Positions 51,372 to 64,000 of a DNA stretch of 64,000 bases are shown here, piece after piece. Each line of letters begins with the position of its first letter. Position 1 is the stretch's first letter. The notes beneath the pieces were generated by a model, which did no database searches, was not told the origin of the DNA, and saw nothing but the letters and a program-made list of their open reading frames with translations. The position numbers and the translations under genes are program-made. Where the stretch lies: assembly GCA_051294905.1 (NCBI GenBank), contig CM119372.1:25732001-25796000 (forward strand). The letters are read 5' to 3'. The stretch is from Botryllus schlosseri (taxonomy: Eukaryota).

Positions 51372-52397
51372 CTAAAGGCAATGAAGTGTACTTTCGCTTC
51401 GATTTCCGGCCCTCGTTTCCATGCAGTGCTGACTCGCACTGTGTGATGCTGCCGGCCGCTTTGATTTGTCAACTAGCGATCTTTCAGCAACAGGAGAGTT
51501 TTGAAGCAGAGAATCCCGGTGCCTCGACGACTCGTCGTCATGCTTTGGACTCAGTGACGACGATGACCACTTATTTTGAGCCAACTTAGTTTGAGGCTGT
51601 ACCAGGCTATCATTTCCAACAGTCAAAATTTCGTCACATTCAACCAGTAATAGCTTGGCCATAAGAGAACTTTGAGGCAGTGAAGAAGAATTCATCCGCT
51701 TCAACGATTTCCTGTTAGCCTTTCGACTCAGTGACGGTGATAACCACTTACTTTGAAGCAACTCATTTGGAGGTTGTGGGAAACTATCATTTCCAACGAA
51801 CAAAATCTCGTCATATTTAACTAGATCGCATTCGATTCGCGCCTTCTTCACCTTTATATTGGTGATTGGGACATCTTTGTTTTTCTGATGTAGGCCTGGT
51901 TCTTCATCATTGTGGTCGAACTCTTCCTCGAGCATCTCAACGCTAAAATCCTCACTTCTATAGTCTTTCAAGCTGGTGCTAGGAACTCGTCGGTTTTTCT
52001 GATGTAGGCCTACGGCTTCATCATACCGGCCGAAACTATCATCCATTAAATTGTCAAGACCTCCGGAACGTTCATTGGCACAGTAAGTTGCGTCACGCCT
52101 TTGTGACTCATTCACTGTATTTTGGAAATAATTGGAAACTTTATTCTGTTCTGCATGCACGGCTGATTTGGGCACATCCAAGTTCACCTTTTCCGCTTGC
52201 ACATGATGTCTCTGCATTTTTCGGTATCCGATGCGGTACACTTCCACAGTTGGCGAAGTTTCCAAGTCAATGTCCCTGTTCGTTTCCTTTGTTAATAAAT
52301 TGCGAACCGATTTAGACAGTCGATATAGAGTGGTGAGGAAATAAGAACCATTGTCCTCATTTGCATCACTGGTACATATTTTTCCTTTGTTCTTCCT
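51372..52397 (-). CDS. orphan open frame (341 codons; first in-frame ATG at 52217), Ser-rich with two internal duplications
   Basis: uninterrupted 1026-nt frame in AT-rich DNA; repeats FxxxDExxGLHQKNxxVP x2 and DEILxVGNDSxxQPxxxLxQxKWxSxSLS x2. Confidence 0.5.
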   Translation of the reverse strand, partial: RKNKGKICTSDANEDNGSYFLTTLYRLSKSVRNLLTKETNRDIDLETSPTVEVYRIGYRKMQRHHVQAEKVNLDVPKSAVHAEQNKVSNYFQNTVNESQRRDATYCANERSGGLDNLMDDSFGRYDEAVGLHQKNRRVPSTSLKDYRSEDFSVEMLEEEFDHNDEEPGLHQKNKDVPITNIKVKKARIECDLVKYDEILFVGNDSFPQPPNELLQSKWLSPSLSRKANRKSLKRMNSSSLPQSSLMAKLLLVECDEILTVGNDSLVQPQTKLAQNKWSSSSLSPKHDDESSRHRDSLLQNSPVAERSLVDKSKRPAASHSASQHCMETRAGNRSESTLHCL

Positions 52398-52570
52398 TTA
52401 TTGTATTTATTCTGCTGTTTTTGCTGTGGAAAAACAACCGAAAAACAATTATTGATGTATATTGTACAATTACAGTTATTCTCATAAGACATGAAGAAAT
52501 TAATTTTTTTGTAACATAAAAAATGTCAACTTAAGACCTTGGTAGCTTGTACAATGCACACCCTATTTAA

Positions 52571-53562
52571 TAGGGATGGTGTGAACGCGAGGTTCACGTT
52601 CGTGTTCTGTCTGTGAACCTCAGAAATTTAGAGGTTCGCGTTCACAACAGAACCTCGGTAGGTTCTGCACTGTGAACCTTTTTCGTAGATTACAATTTTC
52701 ACTTCATTGTAACATCTTTGGTTCAAATATATTACATTTCATCTGCGGGCCACTCTATGTATGGCGCTGGCAGCATTATAAATCAACACTAAACGAGCAT
52801 GCACCTCGACCATCTCAAAAGTTTTACTTGCTTTGTTACAAAAGTTTGCTCGAAATATCCAGCTTTCCGTTTGTAGATATTTAGTGACACACTGCTGTGA
52901 GCTTGAGCTGCAATCACACAGCATCACGAGCCGAATACGAAGTCAGCGAATGATGCCTATTCAACCAATCAGTGAGATTGATATCGTTTACTGATGCAAA
53001 ACATCTAGCAGGCGTACGGGGTCAATCTTGAATTCATATCTTTACTGCATCAATAAAACCAAATCCGTGCGATTGAGGTGTTGGCTACTGCTGTAGAACT
53101 TGTTAATGTGGTAATATCTGTAGCAAGTATAGTTAGAAACCCGTTTTACACTCTGCACAATATCAATGTAGCAATACCCTGACGCCGAATACATTGTCCG
53201 GTCTGGCCTAGACCTTTAAGGCGTAAGCTTATATTTCTTCGTAAGTCCTCGTCGAAATTGTTGGCAAAGCGACGGAAGATATTGATTTTATGGGAGTATT
53301 ATATCCTTTGATTGCCTCAGTTGATACATTTAGCGGCGTTTAAAACGCCAATATGTACTTCAGCATTGTGGTCTTATGTGGCCCGAGTCGTCGCTAGGTA
53401 TCGTGTACATTAATATAGGTTATCGCTTCATTGAAAGATAGAGATGAAATTAGCAATATGACGTCAGGAGGTTCACGTTCGTGTTCACTGTTCACACAGA
53501 ACCTTTCAAAAAGGTTCGCGTTCACACGAACCTGAACCTATCAGAGGTTCACACCATCCCTA
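52571..53562. mobile_element. hAT-like non-autonomous element, TAGGGATGGTGTGAAC family, copy 1
   Basis: 16-bp TIR TAGGGATGGTGTGAAC; GGTTCAC/GTGAAC subterminal repeats; flanks CCTATTTAA / CGTATTTAA. Confidence 0.88.
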
Positions 53563-54067
53563 CGTATTTAACGATCACCTGCAAATGAACATAAATTTAT
53601 ATGTTACACGAGCTTTCGGAGTATCGCTCCTTCATCACCTGTTAAAATCACGCGTATTATTTTATCAGGGAGATTGTTACCCCTATAAAAAAACCAAGAC
53701 ATCTAACGATGTCAAATCGCGCACGCCGCGAAGAAAATTTGATAGAAGTTTAATAATTCTCTAAACAAATAATCCATAATTTATGTTGACTCATGGGATA
53801 ATTTTGGCCCCTCTTCGAACTTGATGTACCAATTGAGGGGTTGAGGTGCGGCAGTTAAGGTCCTGCATGTGACAGATGATTACAGACGTGAAAGGCTTAT
53901 ATAGGCTCTTCGCCACCCGATCTACTTTAGCGGTGTTTTAGAAAAGTCTGGATGAGTGGACCGTGCTCCAAGCCGTCAGATGCGGAATCATTATATCATA
54001 ATAAAGAATATCGGCGTGGTATAAATGACTACTGTAGTAGAAAAATATCATGAATGCCACCAACAAC

Positions 54068-54592
54068 TAGGGCTGGGCAAAATCGAGTACCTCAGTGATT
54101 CGATTCTGATTCACGTATTATGGTTCGGGTCGAGTCAAGTATTCGAGTATTACTCATAATGACGTCGTAAAAGAATGTAATATGTAGAATACGTTCAAAT
54201 ATGTAGAATACCTTTTATGCCACCACAAAGAATATAATGCCTCTTATCCATCACATTAAAGATACTTTAATATTTTTTCGATCATACCGATCTCATTGTA
54301 CTTTGTGACAATGTTGTGGGATGATCATGACTTCGGAAATGCGTTATTTCCAGTAACGTTCGTAGCTCTGTACTATGTTTCGTATGCTGCGATACGGCCA
54401 ATCAAGGTTTCAAAGGCTTCCACAGTGGAAAAGAGTATCGAAACTAATATTCTCGTTGAAAGAGTAACTTTCAGGACTGAGGAGCGTATAATTTCAGTAC
54501 TCGAAAAAAAGCGTCTTTTACTACTCGACTCGAATCATTAAAATTAATACTCGATTCAGATTCGAGTACTCGAATAAATTTGCCCAGACCTA
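54068..54592. mobile_element. hAT MITE with TCGAGTA repeats
   Basis: TAGGGCTGGGCAAA / TTTGCCCAGACCTA; TSD CCAACAAC / CAAACAAC. Confidence 0.85.
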
Positions 54593-55090
54593 CAAACAAC
54601 AACAGACGAGAAAGCGCGTATCCAATCAGCGATTCGTCTATTACGTCGAACACAAATGGGTTATTGAGTAGCTTGCGCTGCGGCAATTGTTTGCGGATTA
54701 TAACGACAATTCGGGCTGGATTGCTACATTTCCAGATCAACGTTCGCAAAGCCTTTGGGGAAAAGAATTAATGTCAATCTCACGCATACACAATACCACA
54801 CTGTCGGATTTCACGTTCAATCAATATGACTGTGACTAAATTCTGACTTACGAATTATTGTGAACACGGCAACGTGCCCTGTGTCACTTATGGGCGAAAA
54901 ACAATTTAATTTGCAGGAGAATGTGCATTTACTCTTTTAATCTTGATAATATAAAGTGTTTAGAATATTTGGAAAGTTGAATACGAAAGGGTAACATTTA
55001 GAACGTCTTCGCGACCCACCGGTTGAGAAGCACTGCGCTAAATGACAGGTAGAAATAGTTATAAGGAAGCAGTGGCATAGGAGCAACGAC

Positions 55091-56050
55091 TAGGGATGGT
55101 GTGAACGTGAGGTTCACGTTCGCGTTCTGTGTGTGAACCTCAGAAATTTAGAGGTTCACGTTCACAAACGAACCTTGGTAGGTTCTGCACTGTGAACTGT
55201 TTTTATATTTTACAATTGTCACTTCATTATAACATCTTTAGTTGAAGTTTATTGCATTTCAACTGCGGACCACTCTATGCATGTCGCAGGCATGATAAAA
55301 ATGCACCCTGGCAATCTTAAATATTTTACTTGCTTTGTTACGAAAGCTTGCTCGAAATATCCAGCTTTTCGTTTGTGAATATTTTGGGACTCTCTGCTGT
55401 GAGCTTGACCCGCAATCACACAACATCAAGAGCGATATACAGTACATGTAGGTAGTCAGCGCATGATGCTGATTCAGCCAATCAATGAAATTGATATCGT
55501 TGTCTGATGTAATAAATCTATCAGGCGTACGGGGTCAATCTTGACTTCTTATGTTTATTGTACCATAAAAACCTAATCCGTGCGATTGTGGTGCTGGCTA
55601 CTGTTTTATAACTTGTTGATGGGTAATATCGGTAGCTAGTATAGAAACCCGTTTTACACTCTGCTCAATATCAACGTAGACTCAGACGCCGAATACACTG
55701 TCCGTTCTGGCCCAGACCGTTAGCCTATAGTCCCTTGCAAGTACTCGACGGAAGATAGTGATTTTATGGGATTATAATATCATTTGATTACCTCAGTTCA
55801 TACATTTGCCGACGTTGAAAACGTCAATATGTACTTCGGCATTGTGGCATTATGTGACTCGAGTCGTCGGTAGGTATGCGTGTATTCGTGTACAATAATA
55901 TAGGCTATCACTTCACTGAAATGTAGGGCTGGAATTGGCAAAATGACGTCACGTGACGTCATGAGGTTCACGTTCGCGTTCACACAGAACCTTTCAAAAA
56001 GGTTCGCGTTCACACTAACCTGAACCTTTCGGAGGTTCACACCATCCCTA
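55091..56050. mobile_element. TAGGGATGGTGTGAAC family, copy 2
   Basis: both TIRs present; collinear direct repeat of 52571-53562. Confidence 0.88.
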
Positions 56051-56239
56051 CAATGAGCAATGAGCATATGTTGCCGCCTCTGGCTTTCTTTACAAATGCC
56101 GCCCCCAGTACACCTCCACTGCAGCAAATTTTGAAATAGTTTCATGTTCAAGCAATATTTTCAATAAAAAATAATTACCAATAATGCCATGCGTTTCAGA
56201 AGTTCTATAGGCTATTGCTTGAGAAAGAAGCCTCACAGT

Positions 56240-56774
56240 CTCAGATTGACGGTCGGTGGGCCTGATATGGGAAAACAAAGTAGTTGACGGGCGTGATTAC
56301 AGAATCGATACATTGATCGCGTGATTATCCACTTACAAGGAATAAATCGTATTTAATCTAAACGTTAAGTTTAAAGCATAGACACCAAAATAGTATTCCA
56401 TGAATATATTATATATAATGTACTTCAATAGCTGGCAAAGTTTATCAGACATGTGTGTTCGATCAAAGTGGTCAACAAGTTCTTTGAGCTCTGGCGGCAT
56501 GTCGGATGTCTAAACCGTTATTAAAGATTGCATGAGAGCACGTGAACATCAGTTATATTGGAACGCAGCCTGTCTTGTTAATTTTTCATGCTCGCAAATG
56601 TACGTAGACGCGAACTGAGCAAAGTTTCATGACTATCTTTCTCAGGTTGGCAAACTTTGATTCATTATGTGGTGCATAACATTTGTCAATACTTTCAGAT
56701 TCGAATTTTACTTTCAGGGTAGAAACGATCTGCGGGTAGGATCGGGCGCGCAGGCCCTATGTTTCCCGTCCCTG
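56240..56774. mobile_element. older copy of the 28639-29153 hAT MITE family
   Basis: shared internal sequence (AAGTTTAAAGCATAGA, TCTTTCTCAGGTTGGCAAAC, TTTCAGGGTAGAAAC). Confidence 0.7.
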
Positions 56775-58225
56775 TATTGGGCAAATAAAAGACCAATAGC
56801 CGCCTTAAAATTGACCTTTTTCAGATTACAATTAAAGGTTTATATGCCCAGGACTTGTTCAACCTCCATATTGTTTATTTGGTCTGCGGGAACAAATTGT
56901 AATAAATTAGCTCATTATTAGCCATCTTTCCGTGCTGCGTGCAGCTATGCAGTATGCACTCTGCCTGTGCAGTTTGCAGCCTGATTTTGCCGCCCTTTGC
57001 AACCTGCTGCAGAGCCAGAACCGCCAACCTTAACTGTGAACAGTGCCAGAAACGGGGAGGGACAGATTATGAGCGAATCCCGACCTTGTAGTACGAAATG
57101 TGAAGTTGCGACGGCCAACGTGTAATGTAGGCCAAATATGCATTATACGACCCTACTAAGTTAACTATTATATATTACCCATACCTACCTTCAATGGTGG
57201 ATACATAGTACCTCCTAACATAGTCTACTTGCGAATGGTGCTAATATGATAGATAACAAGTCGACAACGAAATCATATAACCTTTTAGGTTTATATAATT
57301 GCGAATCTGATTCTAAAAATTATTCTGCTTGTTCAATCACGAACATCACCGCTCGTCACTGACCTTTATGCTAGTAATACAAACAGATACTACTGTAATC
57401 TCCACTTTCGCAAGCTGTGATAAGAACTCGACGAGAAATGAATATCTAATTTCGTTTATACGTCAGCTTTCTGGCGAGGTACGATGTATGTGCGCCTGTG
57501 CCGCGTCCACCACGTTGCAGCACCTCAGCGGCGTGATCGTGCACTGACTTGACTTCACGACGCGGCAGCGATGGGTAAAGTGTAAAATCAGGGAGTATTT
57601 TGCGATGCGCGTGCCTGTACTCAATGTTCATGTTCATTGTTCATTGTTCATTCTTCAAATTATAACTATGGAGTTCTGCCATCGCATTGATTAGCTAGCA
57701 TCGCGAGCATCGCATTGCTAATTATAGCGGCTGAATTCCTGCATTTCGCGAATAACGTTCTCATAGTCCTGTTGAGTGTTGTGCAGCAAATATGGGCAAG
57801 AATGAATTGTAATTCGCGGGCATAGACATTCCAATTTCGCGCTACAATGAAAATACTAACACGTAAATCGCTCACGAATTATTTTGAACACGGGAATTCG
57901 ACATATAGCCTATGTGTGCAAATACAATCTGATTTAGAGAAGAAGAGTGTGTATTTGCTCGTCTGATCGAGAGGAGATCGTGTTTCTCAGCGCACCCGCG
58001 TCGAAATTGACGAATCTAATGAGTTCGCATCGCTTCGTCTGATTACTAATTACTGGTTACAAATTAGTGACATGACATTTTATTTATGCACCTTAATATG
58101 CAGATCGTGTCTATGCGTATCAATCATGAGTCGGTGTATATGCTATGCCGCGAAAATATCGAGGACAAAGATATAAAACGTCATATCCTATCATGTTAAA
58201 ACACATCGCCCTACCAAGTATGTCG

Positions 58226-59305
58226 CAGTGTTGGGATGACTCGAGTCAACTTTTTCGTATGACATGACTTGACTCGAGTCACTTTGGAAAAATGACTTGA
58301 CTTGACTTGACTCGGAACTTCAAAAATGGGCATTGACTCGTGACTCGGACTAAAATTTACGAATCAATTTCAAGTCATCAAGTAAACGCTGTCGAATAAA
58401 TCCCTGTATCTTGTGTATGTTCGAGATACGCCGGTATCACTTGTGAGAGCAACAAGTAATGACTGACCATGACCACCAATCACTGATTGTACCTTTTACT
58501 GACCCCCCTTGTTACATCACAACTGAATTCACCGAAAACAAACTGATGACAGCTTTCGTTTATGTGCTATCAGTAGCTTAATCTAATAGCAACGAATCTC
58601 TGTTTCTTAGACGGCTCAGTGCTTACTTCGCGCAGTGACAATGCCCACCTTAGCCAACCCCCTTGTATGATTCGAATCTTTCCGCTCAGAGCTCAAAATA
58701 CCGTTTTTCTCCCCGCATTGCTAGGTGGTTGACTAAAAATAAAAAAGTAAAAAAAGGTCATCTTACCGCTCAGAGCTAAAATCACCGTTTTTCACTCCGA
58801 AATACCCGTCGGCCTTAAAAAGCGGGACGTTTGGCTGACTGGTCGGGACGCCGGGACAAGACGTTAAAAAGCGGGACTGTCCCGCCTAAAACGGGACGTA
58901 TGGTAAGCCTAATTATACCATATCAATTTGTTTCTATTTCTCGACGCTTCGTATTCGATCCTCTATTTTAGCTCACGAATTTTATTTGCTGCTCTACATC
59001 TGTGTGAGCGATACAACGCCCTTTTGCATGTATATTTGACTTCATACTCGTCATTTGATTCAAGATATATGACCAATAAATCTGTTTTTCACGTATCTAG
59101 CAAAACGTAGCCTAATGACGTTGAATCATCACTCATACTTCGAAAAAACAATTTGACTTGAATTGTGACTTGACTTGACTCGACGTGACTCGAGTCACCT
59201 CCATAAAACGAGTAACTTGACTCGAGTCACCTTCGAAAATCGATTGACTTGACTTGAGTCAAAATGTACAATGACTCGTGACTCGAAGGTAGTGACTTGA
59301 TCCCA
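58226..59305. mobile_element. CAGTGTTGGGAT-family hAT, inverted copy of 16546-19507 lacking the nested insertion
   Basis: one intact TIR; other end truncated at GTGACTTGATCCCA; GACTCGAGTC arrays. Confidence 0.8.
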
Positions 59306-60303
59306 TGTCGGACCTCAACCGTGGATCAAGCCTATCTCAACGACTACATCCGACACGTCCACTTCAAGTCGAAATAAGAGCTGTTTCTTCCTTTAATGGC
59401 AGAGGTCGAGATACCGGCCCACGATCTGACATATCAACTTCGCCTATACCGGCACATAGGCTACCACCTCATTTCTATCGCTTGTACTTCTTATGTTAAC
59501 TTGTAGGCCTAGGCTATTACTTTTCAATGAGTGTGTAATGTGCCTGCCTCTGATTTTCGTAATGTAGGCCATGGGGGATGTCTGATTTAAGAGACTACTC
59601 CAAGTTCTTTCGACACCTTCTTATCTTTTCATTCTATCGCGATCTTGCCGTGTTTCGAACTGTTGAAATTGCCATGAACTGCGTAAACGCAAGCACGGCT
59701 TGCTAATGTGCTCATTGTGCACAATAAATTGAGATTTTAAATGGAATCCCTCGCAGCGTTGTGAATTTTTGCAGTCACAATTTATTTTATATTTCGCAAA
59801 TTATGTGTCCGGAACGTTGGATGTTCTTGCTACGTAACGACACTCCAAATAATGAGTGGTACTATATCTGTGTTGCAGGCCTACATTGGTCAGTTTTCAT
59901 GAATCTGCTTACGAGACCGATGAAAATTTAAAATAAATTTGCCAGTTGTAGCTTTGATTCAAATTTTGGAATGCTTTGGTGCGGGCAAGGCGCCTGTCTC
60001 CGCATTGCACACCGAGTTGGAGTGATTAGGAGAAACAAATTATACTAATTTCGCAATGAAGCCACACTCTCATCGTTAGACAGGAAGGTTGCTGAATTGC
60101 GATTGGAACCAGAATATTGCAACTCTTAAGAATGCTATGGGCAATTAGCATGATAGGTGAAAAACTTTTTGGTGATATTTGAGTTAAGGATATCAATGTA
60201 CGAACTTCTTGCACCCTACTTACGGTATCGGTAAGGAACACATTTCGATGTGCGGGTGGCAATTCATTTTATTAACAAAACATAAATAGTATTTGCAATT
60301 GGT

Positions 60304-60526
60304 TTAAGAATAAGTTAGGCATTTAGTTGCCTTTATTAATCCCATAACGGTATATACAAATAAGCTATCACTAGAACTGATACGATCATCAACCATTTCC
60401 CTAGTAGGTAAGTTGGGTCGTGATGGGAATGGAGTTTCGGTGATGGCATGAATAATGTCAGAATGATATTCTCCGTCCACACAGATCTTTGAGTTAAAGG
60501 TATCGTCATACTCCGAAATTGCGAGC
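60304..60526 (-). CDS. DNAI7: DNAI7/CASC1 (axonemal dynein intermediate chain 7, CFAP94), last coding exon
   Basis: TTTGACAG acceptor, phase 2; LAISEYDDTFNSKICVDGEYHSDIIH...FVYTVMGLIKATKCLTYS*, matching the CASC1 C-terminus (FHSxLYH...TRLLSYS). Confidence 0.88.
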
Positions 60527-60707
60527 CTGTCAAAAGGAAGGCCAAGTTATTTCGACGACAACAATCTGTTCCAAAACGAAATTACACTGACTGGTCCAGG
60601 CGCAGCCAGAGTGGAATATTCGGAAAGGGACAGTAGCCCGATTACCAAATGTGCATTATATATGTATTTTGTATATACTGCATCATTCGGCTGATGACTA
60701 GGTATAT

Positions 60708-61634
60708 CAGGGGTGCGGAAACTTTTTAGCTCGCGGGCCGCATTCAACATTTGAATCCATTCGTGGGTCGCACTATATAAAATTGTGATACTAAGTTAAA
60801 ATTCAATATTTTTTTTTTTTTATTATATAGTGAACGACAACATGGAATTAATATATATGTATTGTAGCGTAATGGTGATGCGTCCGGCTACTTGAACGGT
60901 CGGGCGCCGGTTCAATCCCCGGGCGGGTCAGACCAAAGACTCACTCTAAAACTGGTATCCGCAGCTATCCTGCTTGGCGGTCAGCATCCACGGATAGCAT
61001 GGATGAGAAAAAAAGGGGGGTGCAGACGAGATGACCTTACGGTCTTATCGCACCTCCGTAGTCAAAGCATCTCAATGCAGGTGAAAATGAATACCATATC
61101 TGACTCTGACTCAGCAATCTTTTCATACAATCATTGCTGATTGTAGTCTACTTTTGGTTTAACTTCAGGACACACAATGCTGACCATCATAACCATGTTA
61201 CCTTTAAATACGCTTCTACATTATATAAATAGTATCGATATAGATACTTCTACATCTACACATACCAAGAACGAAACCTATCTAACACACCAGCGAAACG
61301 GTTTTTCCAAGTACAGAACTAAAAGTAATAAACTTGCACGTGTTCTAAAATCACACTCGTGGTCCGAATTAAGTCATCTACGTTTCACTTTCTGTGATGT
61401 TTAGCAATTGAAACTTTTCAAAATGCATGGGCCGCGTGGTTGGGTTGAACTCTCTCAATAAAACAAAAAAAAACGATGGTAAGAAAATATCCCGTATCAT
61501 TAAATATCATGTTGAAATATATTAAGAAAAAGTTTAATCACGTACCCACAGTAACTTGGTTTTTAGTACGCAGTTTATCAATATTTTTACAACGTTTCTT
61601 GAGGCTTTTGCGGGCCGCAGTTTGCCCACCCCCG
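60708..61634. mobile_element. hAT (Charlie-type) MITE in DNAI7 last intron, hosting a SINE
   Basis: CAGGGGTGCGGAAAC / GTTTGCCCACCCCCG; TSD AGGTATAT / AGTTATAT. Confidence 0.75.
60863..61115 (+). mobile_element. tRNA-derived SINE
   Basis: A-box TAGCGTAATGG, B-box GGTTCAATCCC (60909-60919), conserved core and short-repeat tail. Confidence 0.82.
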
Positions 61635-62127
61635 AGTTATATTATATTCATTTGTACTGGTGTTGCTATAAGAAGTACACAATACACATTCTCTAGTACA
61701 CATACGTACAATCGTACAGTCATCCCAACTGCAAGAGGCATTGTCACGTTTACAACAACAGACATACGGTTAGAGATTACTAAATTTACCGACCTCATTT
61801 CTTCGAATTTAATTCACCTGTTCATGGTGAAAACGACACACAATTTCGACATGTTCATGTGTGCATCTGCATTTCAGTTAACTAAAATCTTATGAAATGC
61901 CACTCAAATTAGAAATTTACGAATTTTTGTTCTTTAAATAATTACCATGCGATGCTCTTCAACCATTGCAGCCAATGCAGTGAAGACGAAATATCAATCT
62001 CTAAGACTCCAGTCGTCTTTACAATGCATTAGTTTTATAATCAAGATCAAACATTCATTCAAAACTAAACTTTTATCAACTAACAACAGCTAAGTACAGT
62101 CTGAGACTTATGTAAACAGTTTCTTAC

Positions 62128-62270
62128 TTGTGAGACCTTCTTCCATCAATCATGAACACCGACCAATCCTCTTCCGTCAGTTTAGGAGGCGGTGGCACGG
62201 GAGCAACATATTGGTCTGTCGGTGGTTCCCATTTTTTCCGGGTATCTCCATGCCCCAGCCATGGCGCTGC
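62128..62270 (-). CDS. DNAI7: DNAI7/CASC1 coding exon
   Basis: ATTCAG acceptor, GTAAGA donor (phase 0-2); AAPWLGHG...EEDWSVFMIDGRRSH. Confidence 0.85.
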
Positions 62271-62381
62271 CTGAATAGGGTAAAGGATGATAGAATGCAT
62301 AATACGATGATATTGCCAAAACAATGAAGTTAACCAACTATGTACGGCTTACATGCACAGCAGATCGGAAAAAAAAATTAC

Positions 62382-62492
62382 CTGGAAAACAAGTTGATTC
62401 TTGGTCACCGATGAGTTCCATTTGCTCCACGTGAAAGCCACTGCTGACGACATCAAAGCCATTTGATCATATATATCATCCAAGTCGACATC
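62382..62492 (-). CDS. DNAI7: DNAI7/CASC1 coding exon
   Basis: TTTGTAG / GTAATT; IYDQMALMSSAVAFTWSKWN matches the CASC1 YxQMALLSSxFAFxWSKWN motif. Confidence 0.92.
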
Positions 62493-62607
62493 CTACAAAA
62501 TAATTCCGCCGGTCACATGTCGAGATTACTTTTAAGACGTATTAAACCATGTATGAAAATAATATACACTTCCTTCAAAATTTATACTAATATTTACAGT
62601 GACCCAC

Positions 62608-62781
62608 CTTGTTTTGAACACTGACAAATTTATCGGAATCGACAGCGGGGAAAATGTTGACGCCAGCAATGCGAAGCAACTTTTGTATTTCGTCTGGCTT
62701 CATCCACTTTTCATAGAGATGTCGTAATTCTGACGAGACCGCTTCAGGATCTTCGGGTGCTTGGAGTCTACAAGATGTGCC
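62608..62781 (-). CDS. DNAI7: DNAI7/CASC1 coding exon (upstream exons probably beyond the window)
   Basis: TTGACAG / GTGGGT; KWMKPDEIQKLLRIAGVNIFPAVDSDKFVSVQNK matches the CASC1 WM.P......AGxNIFP motif. Confidence 0.9.
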
Positions 62782-63485
62782 CTGTCAAGATAAATGTTTT
62801 GTTGCACACCGGTGGGGACATAGTCAGGACCAACAGACGATTGCGCCCAACTCCATTGCTTTGCTAGTACAGTCTTTAGCAAAGATCGTGGGCAAGAAAT
62901 TATTCAAGCAGGATTTCCCACGTGTGCAACTATTTCCACTTTCAATGGAGCAGTGGGAAGAACAGGCTAAACTACTTCTTTCCTACAATTTGGATTTTGG
63001 AATATAGAAAGTATTGACAGGAAAAGTTTACATCAATTTTATGAGTGAAAGTGTCAAAATGTCTCCTGTATCATGGTAACTGGTAAAAGAGAATTATTTC
63101 AAAGATAGCACCTATTTGTAGTACCATTAGTCCAGGGGCAGGCAACTTCTTCAGACAGCGGGCCGGATATGGGAAAATGAAGTACTAGGCGGGTCTGATT
63201 GATGAAGCGATACAGACTGATCATATTTTAATTTGCTCTTGAGGAATAAATATGGTTTTGCAATTGTAGTCTATATTCCTTTGCATAACAACCATGTCCA
63301 ATGGCAGCTATAGTGTTATTTGGTATGGGGACATCGTTGCTTTATTCCCATTTTACTCAATACCAAATAAGCAACAGAACAGAAAACTCAGAACACCTAT
63401 AGGCAACGTAAATTAGACTAATCAGTAGCATAGGCAATGATCATTAGACAGGGGAATAGTTGATTATTGACATAATACACCTCGT

Positions 63486-63960
63486 CAGGGGTCGGGAACC
63501 TTTTTCGTTAAAAGAGCCATGTTGGCCCTATATTTTCAATTGTAATTCCCAAAGAGCCATGCAACGTAAACTTTAATTCACTATTGGAAATTCGTAATGT
63601 CATAGTCGCCCGAAGTCAAAGTTCCCTACATGGGATTTGTCGCTGACCTCACATTTTCTGTGTAAACACTGATGTGAAGTGATATCACCCATGCTGAAGC
63701 ATGTTGGTCGAAATTTGAGCGCAGAGGTCGGGAACCTTTTGCAAGCTACATATTTTTCATTTCACTTTAAACTTCATTTAAGTGAGAGGGATAATATATT
63801 GTTTATCACGATTAAAGTCGGAAGCTACTGCGTATTATGCAGTAACAAACGGTTAACAGTTGAACGACTTTTAAAGGATAATTAAAAATTTATCAGAGAG
63901 CTATAATAGATCATCAAAAGAGCCATATATGGCTTTCGACCCATAGGTTCCCGACCCCTG
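63486..63960. mobile_element. hAT (Charlie-type) MITE with AAAGAGCCAT motifs
   Basis: CAGGGGTCGGGAACC / GGTTCCCGACCCCTG TIRs; second left end at 63722; related right end near 28340-28400. Confidence 0.8.
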
Positions 63961-64000
63961 CACCACAGGAACAGTTACAGCTCTATTCACTCTCAAACCG

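Noticed and set aside
49295..55035. Large composite hAT enclosing the orphan ORF
   Set aside because: Flanks CCTTAAAC / CGCTAAAT match only 5/8, explainable by shared central-TA target preference; the ends look like separate fragments
60863..60935. tRNA gene
   Set aside because: A/B boxes are present but no clean cloverleaf, and it continues into a SINE body found in three copies
62170..62205. Crk SH3-binding motif in the DNAI7 proline-rich segment (APVPPPPK)
   Set aside because: Does not fit PxxPxK spacing, and genomic proximity to Crk is no evidence of interaction

Overview
Eukaryotic (animal) genomic DNA with spliceosomal GT-AG introns and very dense transposon content. The look of the sequence suggests a marine invertebrate such as an ascidian, but that is not verifiable here. 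Two host genes are confidently recognisable, both on the minus strand: a complete 4-exon Crk/CrkL SH2-SH3-SH3 adaptor CDS (43815->32978, 281 aa) and the last four coding exons of DNAI7/CASC1 (62781->60304). Most of the remainder is non-autonomous DNA transposons, mainly hAT with 8-bp TSDs. These include a four-level nest at 20.9-25.5 kb, a hATm-like element with ~520-bp TIRs and a 6-bp TSD, an internally deleted pogo element and a foldback with a 9-bp TSD. tRNA-derived SINEs and LINE remnants are also present. The most unusual items are (i) a very young 2.35-kb LTR element with a tRNA-Arg-like PBS and a PPT but no recognisable gag/pol, carrying instead a 43-aa tandem-repeat ORF that is also open on the antisense strand, (ii) a candidate exon encoding a ParB/Srx-like domain at 9.2-9.5 kb, (iii) a 28-bp palindromic micro-hAT and (iv) an orphan ~340-codon ORF with internal repeats. 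All calls were made by eye; no database searches were run.
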